DNA of 63,611 nt, the filler included, from Rhizaria sp. SCN 62-66 (taxonomy: Eukaryota), in assembly GCA_001724265.1 (NCBI GenBank). It is 7 parts of 7 records of this genome, joined end to end, with 100 filler letters (N's around TTAATTAATTAA, not from the genome) between each part and the next. Parts side by side here need not be neighbours in the genome. Positions count along the whole stretch, not along the records: positions 47,041 to 54,285 come from MEDY01000690.1; positions 54,386 to 63,611 come from MEDY01000691.1; 5 more parts are not named here. One strand, written 5' to 3'. The notes beneath the pieces are model-generated. The model did no database searches, was not told where the DNA came from, and saw only the letters and a list, made by a program, of their open reading frames with translations. This document shows, piece after piece, positions 47,980-59,242 of this stretch. The translations under genes and the position numbers were made by a program. Position 1 is the first letter of the stretch. The number at the start of each line of letters is the position of its first letter.

Positions 47980-50659
47980 ATGTTTACAGCAGCTTCTATG
48001 CATCTTGGAGGCTTTGAGAAGCACGCACAAGCGTATTTAACCCGCATTGTGAACGCTTTATCCCTTCTCGAGTCATCCTCTCCATCTGACGCTCCTGCCG
48101 CCGTGGTTGCACTCGACAATGAGACCTCTCCTGGTGACGACGGCCCTTCGTTCTACGGAGCAGCGACCGATGATGAGGAAGAAAACGATGCACACAAACT
48201 CGCAAATAAGAGCGAGACACTCCGCAACGCAGCAATAGACCTCTGTATTGACGCCAACCTGACGATGAAGTTGCTTACACTGGGCTACTTACACCCTGAG
48301 TCGCAAACCATTCCACCTGTGACTCACCGCGACGACAGGGACAACGACGACAACAACGACGGTGGCAGCAACACAAAGCTTAACCAAATGCGCTATAGTA
48401 GCAGTGTTTCCGGTGACCAAGTGCTTGAGAGCGCGGCGAATCTCGTCTTCCGTCTCTCATACAGGCTGTCAGGTGCAATCAGCATTATCAACGCGACAAA
48501 AAACCCGAAGCACGTGCATGTGACTTTGGCCGACGTTGAAAAGTACAACAATGGCAAGTTTACCGACGAGGATGATGAAAAGTTTGCTGGCATTCGCAAG
48601 CATAAGAGCAAGGACGATGTTGATGAGAACGATGACACCAGCTACCCTTCCGTCCTTAACGACGTGTCAGTAAACTTCATGGCTAACATGAATTCTGGAC
48701 TTTCTCGCATTCCCGGAATCGTCAACAATATCGCCATGCACAGCGGGCTTCTTGCACGCTATCTCTGGGAAAACGTGCGTTAATCTTTTTATCTAACATC
48801 AAACCTTCCTGAATCACGTTTGAATTGATTTTATATCAAATCTATAGTTATTGTTTATGTAACGATCAATGGGCTATGTTTCTGCAGTCACAAGCAACTT
48901 TGAACAACAAGTCGGAAGCGCAAACTCATGACCGCTGCTGTGGCAGCGCGCAAGTTAATGACAGAAACGCACATAATTTTCACATAGATATACTTAAAGT
49001 AACTCGTTTTTTTGACTGACCTACTGCTATTGTTTTTCTATCATATCTTTGTTCGTTCTTTAGGGTGAGATCATGGCTGTGCTTTACGCTGTGGTGGGTG
49101 GAGTATGCTCAAGGCCTCTGAACTTTCCTCCTGATCTTGTCAACAAGTTCTTTGTCACACTGCAGACGTTGGTCACAAATCTCGGTAGCTGGGTGCACGT
49201 ACAGGCTTTCTTGCCATACCTGGCTCTGTTACCGCGTATTCTCGAAGCCGGTACTGATGATGCGTACACCACAGTTACTGATGACGACGGAACGGAACGT
49301 GCGGTTGTTGTGGAGTTAAGTGGTCGTAAGATGGCTGCGCTGATGGGCGCTGCAAAGAGCTACAACACTCTTTTGTCATACTTTATCCGGTATGACGTTG
49401 ACCGCGCAATGATAGCTTTGAAAAAGCCTGTCATTAATGCTGATCAAGTCAAAGACGGCAAAATCAACGCACAGTATACTGGTGAGGAAGAGAGCGCTTT
49501 TGAGCTTGCTCTTCGGCTTGGGACGGTTGACTGGAGGTCATATCAAAGCCTGCTTGCAGTTGTGGCAAAGAAAGCATAGCAGGTAACCCGGGCGAACTTC
49601 CTGAGCAAGAGGGGGTTGTTGCTGATTAAACGCATGTTTGTTGCGTACCTCGGTGATTCTCACATTCGCAACAGCACTAACTCGAACACTGTTGATGCAG
49701 TTGCTCGCGCGTTGCCGCCTGCTCTGGTTGACGACTGCGTAACGATTGCTGATAATTTATGGCGTGCTAACTTTTGCCTCAACTCATCCGACTCACTGCA
49801 CCAACTTGCTCTCCTAAGTCCTAATACAGGCTATCTCATCACAGAGATTAAGGCAATGGACCCGTTACTCCAGTGCCTCGGGCTTAAGCCGCTCTGCAGT
49901 CGGGAAGCCAGCCCCGAAAGCGGTAATGACTGCATCATTGACTCATGTCTTGCCGCTGCTGCTGACGCACAGGTTCCCAGCTTATCTCACTAGACGGTCA
50001 CAGCTCCCACCGCAGACGAAGACGAAGACGATGTCTTTGGCCTTAAAGACTATGACTTTGACGCGCTCATGAATCGGGCATTTGCTGATGACGATAATGA
50101 AGACAGTTATGACTCTCAACTGTATCGTTGCCAGTGGGGAGCGCTCACGTCCGTCTTGATGACAGCGCACACGCTGTGCAAGTTCTCTACTCATGACAGC
50201 CTTGTTGGCACTGCTTCAACTGCTGAGGATGATAACAGGTGTCGCAGTGACAACAATGAGAAAAACAGTGTGTCTGTAGGACAGTCTGAATATAGCGCAG
50301 GTTTGCGTAGTGTGCACCAGGATGTGTCAATGCTTGCTGTCTTCAAGTATCTAGTCTCTACCGGTCTTGTTGCCTTAGCCGCTAAGGTGACTGCAGCAGC
50401 ACTTGCGAACAAAAACAGTGATAGCACTGATACCGGTGTTGTGGGGCGTGACTCTGTTTCAAAGGACGGTTGTAACGCCGCTAAACAAATGCTACTTAAC
50501 TTGCTGGAGTTTGAAGAGACTGCTATCAGCAAGACCGCTGCTGAGAGTAGCAACGCGTTCAGTCTGTCAGTGAACGTTGTCAAGACTGTGGTCAGTCGTG
50601 CTGGAGGCGACAAGCTCATCAAGATGCTTGAAGAGGCGCGCACAAGCTTACCGGAGTAA
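47980..50659 (+). CDS. 796-aa helical (ARM/HEAT-like) hypothetical protein; 2 exons (47980-48774, 49064-50659) with TAGs at 49577 and 49991
   Basis: Phase-0 intron 48775-49063 (GTGCGT...TTTAG). Track ORFs 49073, 49616 and 50069 are one frame separated only by TAG; the gene ends in TAA before an AT-rich UTR. Confidence 0.75.
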
Positions 50660-51658
50660 AAATAGGAATTCAATTATCATAATAAGTTGTTTTTGTTACT
50701 TTTGTGTGTTATGACTTTCCTTCAAGTTGTTTGTCTTTGTTTGTACGTATTGTTTTGTTATGTTGCTGACCCAGTACGTATCTTAGTTATGCATTTTATG
50801 ACAGTTTTTTTTTTTTAGAAACCCCACCGTAAGGGGCAACCACCGTGATGCACGAGAACGCGTTACCGTTTTCAAAAAATGCGAGATTGTGCGATGTCTC
50901 CATGCTTACTCTCGTTGCGCCACACACCCAATTATACTATCTCTTTGTTTCCGAGCAGTTTCATCGGTACGATCTTCAGTTCAGTTAAAGTACTATATTT
51001 ATTTACAATAAAACTGAAAATATGTGCACTGTAAAGCAGCGGGAAAAAATAACACTAATTTGTGTTCATTATCTTGCTCTACAGTGGAAAAAGTACAGCC
51101 GACTTTTGAGTAACTCATGAGGCTTGCGCAGTACATTGAAGTACCACAACTTAAAAAGAACGGTAATTGTAACAAAACCTCGAATAATATAGTTTCATAA
51201 TAAAATAGTTATCATACCAAATATACATGGCGATTTGAGTCTGCTGAGAGACTCATAATGTAGTCTTTGCGCTCAGTTTGCGACCGTGACCACGAATGGC
51301 GTGACGAACTAGAGTGGTGAGCGTTGCCAGATGATTCCTGTGTATCTATAGACGTGTATCTTCCGTTTAGCCTGAATAAAAGTGTGTTTACATAAATAAT
51401 ATATGCTTTGAAACGTACTTTATACATTATTTTTTCATTAGTCGACAGTTAACACGCCTAATATCCTTTTCGTTTTCCTTACTCGCACTCACCTCTCCTA
51501 GTCAACGTCGTCGCTATTCATTGTTGAAATTCACATTACTAATTAAATTAGAAAACAGAAAATCGCTCGAAATTATTCTAAAAGCGCGTTTCTCTTGATA
51601 CCTTGCAAATTATTTCGTGTTCTATTTATATTTGCGCTTCTATAGGCCTGTTCTAGCC

Positions 51659-53644
51659 ATGCCCACAGGCATGACGAACAAGACGACGTATCGCAGCCTT
51701 CCCAAGGTGCGGCTTTTCTCATCACTATTCGTCCTCATCGGAGTTGCGCTAAGCTTGCCCGTTTGTAAAGCTGCTGCAGAGTAGTGGTACGGCGTCCTTG
51801 GTGCCGGAACAACAACCACACGTCTGCTGCTACACTTGGACCTCACGATCTCTCCTCCCAATGCCACCATCACAAACCTAGACTTCTCCGCCTCCGAGGT
51901 CGCCACTGCCGTTACCTACAATCCCTCTGCAACACCTGCACCTACGCTTTCTTTTAAGCTCGTTTCCTCCTCGTTTTCAGGCGCATTCCCGTCGTCTTCG
52001 CGGCTTGACGGCACTTTGCGTGCCCAGGCCTCGCAACTGCAATGGCCGCTGGAACTGAGCACCGAGGAAAAGTACGTGCCGCCCGCCATCCCTCTCACGG
52101 AGAGCGTATTTCACCAGCGGTTTACTACATCGCGCTTGGTTGCCCTGGGAGCCGGCTGGGCACTCACGGACAAGAAGCCCTCGAGTCTGACTCGTCAGAG
52201 TGAAAGTACGAGTGTTGACTCTTCAGACTCGAGTGTAGCTTCTAGTTCGAGCTCGAGTTCGATTAACCGTGGCTTGCTACATAAGCTCAAGTCTACATCT
52301 GCCCAGCAGATTGCCGCAACACAGCAGCAGACATCTTTTCACGACACTGCATCCAACACTGGTGCTCAACAAAACACTCTGCGCAACTCTCTGCGGAGCT
52401 CGCTGCGCAGCGACATCTTTGTGATCGGTCAACGCGCCGCGGACCCGGCCTCCCGGCCCGTGACTCCTGCGGACCGCTGGCACCTTGGCTCTGTCACTAA
52501 GTCGATCACAGCGACCCTGGCGGCCGTCGTGGTTGAGATGGGTAAACTGCACTGGAACAGCACTGTCGGTGAGATCCTCACACACTTCACAATGCACCCG
52601 GCTTATCGCACCGCGACGGTACTTCAGTTGTTGTCGCACCGGTCAGGGCTGCCGGCCAATATCCCTATGGAAGATCTTAACACTTTCTCGGGGGACCCGT
52701 TGACAACGGCTCAGACACTTAAGGAGCGCGCGCGCATGGCCGCCATCGCGCTCGCCATGGAGCCTGTCGGCCCGGCGGATACTTTCACGGGATACAGTAA
52801 CAATGGCTTTGTCGTTGCCGCGCATATGATCGAAATTGTGCTGAACGACTCATGGGAGGTACGATCTAGTACTACGTACATAAATGCATAATCACATTTC
52901 TTCATGTATATCAACAACTGTTTATCGTAAAAAGTTCACTTTCATATCTAGTTGTGTTAAATTTATTACATTTTGAAGTATCGCTTTATTAAACTGACGT
53001 AAACGTTCAAATGTTTTAATTTTGCTCATCTTTTATTATCATTGCATCTCGTGCCTTTCGTTGTTGTTCTACAGAACCTTATTATGAAGCACATTGCGGC
53101 CCCGCTGGGTTTGCTAAGCATCGGCTTTGGCCCCGCGGGCATTCCTGTGCCGCCTCCTCTTGGCGAGCCTGTCACGGCTGAGAACGCAAAGCAGCCCGTC
53201 GGCCACATTCGCGCCGACTCTGTGCTCACGCCGCTCTATCCGAACTGGGGCGCGATGCCGGACAACCCCGTGGCACTCGGCCCTGCTGGCCGCGCGCACA
53301 TAGACCTGGACGACCTGCTGACGTACCTCATGGCCCACGCCTCGCAGTCCCCTGCGCTGCTACCGCCGAAGCAGTGGGCTGTGCTTCACTCGCCCGTCGG
53401 CGACGGCGAGTTTGCGCTCGGCTGGGCCGTGTCGCCTAGTGGACTGCTCTTACACAGTGGCTCTAATACCCTCAATTTCGCTGAGGTCGCACTTGACCTC
53501 AAGCGCGGAGCTGTTGCGGCAGTCGTGAGCAACGACGCCTCAAGTCAAGGCACCATTGATGACACGATCGCGTCGGCGCTGCAAGCCGCATACGCCGCGC
53601 GCGCGCTCGCGGACAACGCTGCCATTGCTGCAGGAAGCAACTAA
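51659..53644 (+). CDS. Secreted beta-lactamase-related (class C-like) serine hydrolase, 589 aa; 2 exons (51659-52858, 53075-53644); TAG at 51782
   Basis: Signal peptide LFSSLFVLIGVALSLPVCKA, then E*WYGVL...RLLLHL. Catalytic motifs GSVTKS (SxxK), LLSHRSGL, YSN, HSGSN. Intron GTACGA...TACAG; ends in TAA. Confidence 0.88.
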
Positions 53645-54152
53645 GATGCGCAACCTTAGCGGAGTAAACAATGTAGTCTTTTACGTACTCGTGTTTCATC
53701 TGTCATGCTCCCATGCTGTTGCCAAACGCGAGCACATTGCGCACAAACACAGCGCCCGTGGGCACAGAGATTGTGCTTGAACACGCCGCATATGAGTAGA
53801 AAGTGTTGTCGTAAACACGAGCGCCAAAATTGAGAGAACGTAAAATGAAGAGAGATGTATTATTTGCTTGAAATCTCGGACTTCCCTATGCGCAGTAGAT
53901 GTGTCGAGCAGCATGTAAGAGTGAAATAAAAAACGAGGAATGAAAATATTAAGTAAAGGTGAGTTACAAGTGCAAATTATACACACGGGCTCTCTCAATC
54001 AAACTCTGCTGAGCAGAAACAAGAGTAAGTCGTCGGTCTGTAATGATGAGCAAAGATATGGATTACAACACACACAGCACAGACGTAATCACAGACATCG
54101 GTCGGTGCATGTAGCTTTCTTTGTTCAGGATTCAGAAAAGTAAGAGGACTTC

Positions 54153-54285
54153 TTAGAACTTGTTGAAGAGCTGCACGAGCCAGCCATCCTTGGGGAAGGA
54201 AGGAGCGAACACGACAGAGATAATGGCCGAGAGCTTGATGAGGATGTTGATGGCAGGGCCGGAGGTGTCCTTGAGCGGGTCACCG
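54153..54285 (-). CDS. C-terminus of a membrane H+-translocating pyrophosphatase (V-PPase), 5'-truncated by the gap
   Basis: [28 protein letters not shown]...FNKF-TAA is the conserved mPPase terminal motif; it is absent from the ORF track. Confidence 0.92.
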
Positions 54286-54385
54286 NNNNNNNNNNNNNNN
54301 NNNNNNNNNNNNNNNNNNNNNNNNNNNNNTTAATTAATTAANNNNNNNNNNNNNNNNNNNNNNNNNNNNNNNNNNNNNNNNNNNN

Positions 54386-54500
54386 GGGGGGGGAGCAGCG
54401 TTGTCACGCAGGGCCTTGCGTAGCGCGTCCATCGCGGTTAGCGTAGCAATATCACCGCCTGAAGCGGCCGTACACACGTAGCGGTCACGGTCACTGTGAC
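54386..54500 (-). CDS. Possible N-terminal fragment of another importin-alpha-like ARM protein
   Basis: TLTAMDALRKALRDNAAPP resembles the ARM1 ARKLLSxExxPP motif; cut by the gap. Confidence 0.3.
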
Positions 54501-55202
54501 AGCGTCTGTGACCTCGGCAGGAGTGTCTCACATGATCAACGTTAGACTGGAAGACAAAGGAGCGCAGCGCGGCTGCACGTATTAACGTAACCCATTGAAG
54601 CTCGGACGTCGCGTCAATCGTAGATAGGCGCGCACACGGTGCTCGTGTGCAAGGTCATGGTGAAGTCGAGCTCTGCACAAAACCTAGCCGACGTAGGTTA
54701 GTGATATCAGAATGATGTCTTCTTCCCAAGAAGTTTAATTAAGGAATTGTGCAGATATTATTCTTAACTTCCATCTATCCATATATTGGCACAAGTGACG
54801 ATCCGATTTAAGACATCTGACAAGCGAATGTCGGGCGCTTTCGAGCAAGAGAAGGAGAGGGAGGATGGCGCGACTCAGAATTCGATCACTTCGATCTGAG
54901 AAGCAACAGTTGACACATTGGTGCTTTTTAATTTACTAACTTTGTCTATTAAATCAAATATGTTTTTCTTGTTGGCACGTCTTTCCACACGAAATCTATC
55001 GTTTTCTTCATGCACTGCCGAAGGGTGGTGAGCAGGAGGTCCGACTACTATCTTTTGCACAAACAGGCTCTTTTGGGCCTTAGTTAGCGGATCAATTTCC
55101 CGACTTTATAACTTGAAACTCCGCTTTGATATTTTATGTGCTGTAGCTTTTGAGTACAACAACAGCAGAGTCTGAAACAGCGTACGCTCCACTGTTTCCG
55201 TG

Positions 55203-56678
55203 ATGTCTACCCCATTTGATCCATTCTCGTTTCATGAGGCACTCGCCGACCTGATGTCAGTAACACCAACGTCACTCGACGGACTTCGCAGTCTGAGGAG
55301 GCAGAGCGCGGCCTAGAACTACGATCTGAAGACTTTCACGACGGAATGTCTCGAGCACGGCGTGCTTGACTGGCTTTTAAGGTCGCTGGAGTATTGTGCC
55401 GACGCGGACGAGCCTCAGCGCACGCATGAGACGCTTTGGGTTTTTACGAACTTGGCTGTGACATCCGAAGGCTGCCGCGCGCTGCTATTACACGGTGTTC
55501 CGGATAAGCTGTGTTGCGTACTCTACCTTGACCAACCCACGGACATCGTCGAAAACGCGCTTTGGACGCTGGGCAACATTGCTGGCGAGGGCCGCGCGGC
55601 TGTTGACTCGCTCATTGAGCGCGGTGTCTTTGCGCACGTGTGCCGCTATATGGCGGATGTGTACGGGGGAACAGTCCACATTCGGGCCGCTTTGCACAAT
55701 GTTCTCTCGTGGACAGTATCAAATTTCCTCAGGGTCACGCCACCGCTCCCGTTCAGAGTCACTGTGACGGCCTTGCCGCAGCTCTTTTTCGCGCTACGCC
55801 ACTTTCCCGCCGCGCGTTTGACTGAAGCTCTGAACGACGTGTTGTGGTCCCTGTCGTTTGTGTTCCGCGAGGAGAGCGTAGGGGTGCGCTTTGAGTACCT
55901 GTTCCTGAGCGACGACGACATCTTTTTGCATATCCTTGCCCAGTTGCACGTGAGCCGCGGGTTGCGGACGCCTGCGCTGCGCATTGCCGGCATAGTTGCC
56001 TCGCTTTCCCACGGCGAGCCTGTCCGTGCGTTTACCCCGCCCGCGCTGGCGCACCTGCAGCGCTTTGCACGCTCTCTGGGACCCACGGACACCCACGCAA
56101 TGAAGGAGCTGTCGAGGTTGCTGTCAAACCTGCTGTCCGAGGAGGCCGCGATGGTGTCGCGCGTGCTTGCGTCCAACACGGTCCAGACGCTTATCCCACG
56201 CGTGCCCACGCCGCCGCACGGCGACGCCAAGTCCAACCTGTGGCGGGTCGCGAGCGAGCTGCTCTGGGTGATGCTGAACTTACTGACGAATGCGCCGCCC
56301 GACGACGGCGGCAAGCCCGCCATGGCGCTCGTGCTGCTAGGCTCCGGCGCGGTGACCTACTGCGCATCGACGCTGGCCGCCGCGGCCGCGCTGCCGGGGC
56401 CGCTGCCCAATAAGCCGCTGGGCCGGCTGCTCACGGTTGTGCTCACTGTCGTGCGCACGATGGTCCAGACCGGCGATACTGGCGCGGACCTCGCGGTGCG
56501 GGCCCAGGGCGCGGAACCCCGCAACGTCTTCCTGGCCGACTTCGATGCGGCGGGCGGCTGTGACGCGCTGGTGAAGCTGATCCAGAGCGAGCAGGCGCTC
56601 GCCAGTGCACGGGACGAAGCCATGCAACTGCACGAGCTGTTGGTGAGCATTTTGGGCGACACGTCCTAGTTGCCGTAA
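55203..56678 (+). CDS. Importin-alpha-like ARM-repeat protein without an IBB domain, 491 aa; TAGs at 55314 and 56667, stop TAA at 56676
   Basis: ETLWVFTNLA, ENALWTLGNIAGE, SWTVSNFLR..P, DVLWSLS, TPALRIAG. The in-frame ATG at 55203 lies upstream of the first TAG. Confidence 0.82.
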
Positions 56679-59242
56679 ACGAAATTGAAAAAAACAATCG
56701 ATAACCTTGGAGCTACTCAGACGCGACACAGCGAGGTAATTTACATCTGAAGTTAGTGGGAGACCGAACATGTTCCATGTTTAGTGTCAATTGAGTTGAG
56801 GTATATTGTGGGCAGTTGATTTTGCACGCTCTAGATCGGCGCTTTGTTTCTCCAAGCGCGACTGCGGCCGCCGCCGTCGCGGCCCCTGATCGGATCGTAA
56901 GGCGTTGCGCGTACACGCTGCCCACGCCGCACCCGGCGAGCAGCTGCCGACTTCCTTTCGCTTCCTCAATACCCCCAGCTCCCCCGCCGCAGTCGCCGCT
57001 GTAGCTACTCCGTGCACGCAGCTTCAGGGGGCCGCTACGACGAGGATGGTTGGTCGCAACGGCCGCGGTTACCACGGCCATGACCGCTGCAACGGACTGC
57101 GCCGCGTTGCTCTTACGCGTGTCAGCGTGGCCGCTGTGGGTGTGTCAGCGCGACTTAGGCCACAATGGTCGTGCTGCGCGAGGCTTTGTACATCGAGGCT
57201 GCCGCGCGCGGCGAGCCCATCCACGACACCGACTCCTTGGACTCGGACATCGAGTCTTCCATTACAGTCCGTAGCGGCACTGTAAACCGCACGTGTGTGG
57301 GGGAGGAAGAAACTGTAATAACCGTTATAGACCAGTGGTTTTAAGGCTCTTAGTCTCGACCATGAGTTAGAGACGTGGCCCCCTAAGTTACACGCTGTAG
57401 GACACAAACAGAAATATGTACGTACTATAGACTTATGAAACAATATCCATAGAAACAAATAGAAAACTAGCACCAAACCAATGTAACACGGCGACTGTCT
57501 GTGGTATACGGAGCAAGTGTGTAAAAACGATGAGTTACTAGGACATGTATAATGAATAAAACTGTTTATACATGTACGTACATAAAGCTATAAGTTTATA
57601 TGTATGTATATAATCAGAGAAACCACTAGTGCTTATGTCAGCGGGCAGATTCATAGTGATTTTTTCGTCTAGGTATTGCTAAGCTCACATTCCATATTTA
57701 GTGTTCAACTTTTAGTCAGAGTCTGTAGAAAGTCCGTTTGTGGTCTGAGTAACAGTACGCCATTCTTCTTGATTGGCCTATTACTTGTTCTTGCTCACTC
57801 ATGATTGTCGCCTTCTTTTCTCTGATACCGCTTGTTTGCTTGATTAATCTTCCGCCCGCTAAACACGCGGGCGATAGGTTTATGATAGATGCGGTATGTG
57901 GGACGAATATGAGCAAAGCGGAGCGTTTGAGTTACCTCAGCGACGCGCTAGATTTGCTGACTGCGGAGCTGCCTCCGTCCAATGTCGCTGCCTTACCACT
58001 GAATGGTTACTCGCCCTTCGAAAAGCAATTGAGGGAAGGCAACAGTCTGTCGAGTCAAAGAGGTCAGAAACGGTGAGGTGAGATCTTGCGGTAAATCAGG
58101 CTCCCAAGAAATATAATTAAGTGTATGAAAAAATATCACCGAGTAAACGTTACATATAAAAAGACAACCCTTTTGACGATTAATTCACGACTTTTGACTT
58201 GTTGGACGAAAAGCCAGTCTCGACCCCTCCCAGCCACCACAAACGCTCGTCAAGAGAAGCTATTGCAACGTAGTAACCATGGTCTAACGTACCTTCATCA
58301 ACGAGATCAAGCGCAAGGTTGCATTTTATGGCACATCCGCAAGATTGATATTGCCAGTACGAGTTATTATTTTGGAGACCATCTTTAGTGCGACATACAG
58401 TCATTGTTGTGAACGAAATATCTGTCTTCCAAGCACTCCTGGACGCCTCAGTCGATAACTTCTGAACTTGAACACTCTATGTCGAGATATCCAACACGCG
58501 TGCAGATGTATACCAACTGACTAATTTATGAAAACAAACAGAGTGATGTATTCATAATTCTTAAGACCTGAAACAGGAGCATAAAGTCTAAACACAAGCT
58601 TGATGAGCTTACTGACTACAGTTCTTCCTTGTTTAGATTAAAACACGGAGAATATGTAATTTTTGAAGACTCGTATAATAGATACTATCGTTTCAAGACC
58701 TGAAATTAGCAAAAATATTTCTACATCTGACAAAACATTCAGAAACACACTGGCACAGAAGCGTTTCACAGTGTGATCTACAAAGGACGAAAATAGGGGG
58801 ATGCAACTACGGACAGCATACAATTCAAGAATGAGATACGTTTTTGAGAAAGAACACTGGTACAAGTCATAGGAATAGCCACAGGAGTTGTCATATGACA
58901 ATCAAAACAAACACTAAAGGTTCGCACACAGAAAAATACACAGGATCCTCACTCAAAAGTTTCATTGAGTTACAAGTCGATTATACACACAACCAGAAAA
59001 ACACTTGGAATATCAGAAACAGCAGCTGTACTGAGCAAAAAATACGGAAAAACTAATAGTTATGGCTGATAGAGACCCTGTCATCTTTCTCGGGAGAGAT
59101 GCGACTAGAGTCGTCTATTTAAAAAAAAAAGAGAGACAAAAAGAGGAATGAACAAGTTTCCTATGTAATATTGGAGCGCTGCGGGATTTGGTCACGGTCA
59201 TCCCACAATACAAGAAGAATCTAACTTCTCTCCCCCTGAATC

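Noticed and set aside
9821..54385. Recurring TTAATTAATTAA as a biological repeat; gene neighbourhoods across gaps
   Set aside because: It is an artificial six-frame-stop linker inside N runs, so adjacency across linkers is not evidence of linkage.
21640..56669. TAGs as acceptors of tiny introns, or as a sequencing or methylation artefact
   Set aside because: The flanks are GC-rich coding sequence with no pyrimidine tract, no GT at a consistent distance and no shared motif such as CCWGG. Conserved motifs run straight through the TAG.
57296..57490. Purine tract followed by TGTAA, resembling a PPT plus LTR start
   Set aside because: No second LTR, primer-binding site or gag/pol remnant is visible.
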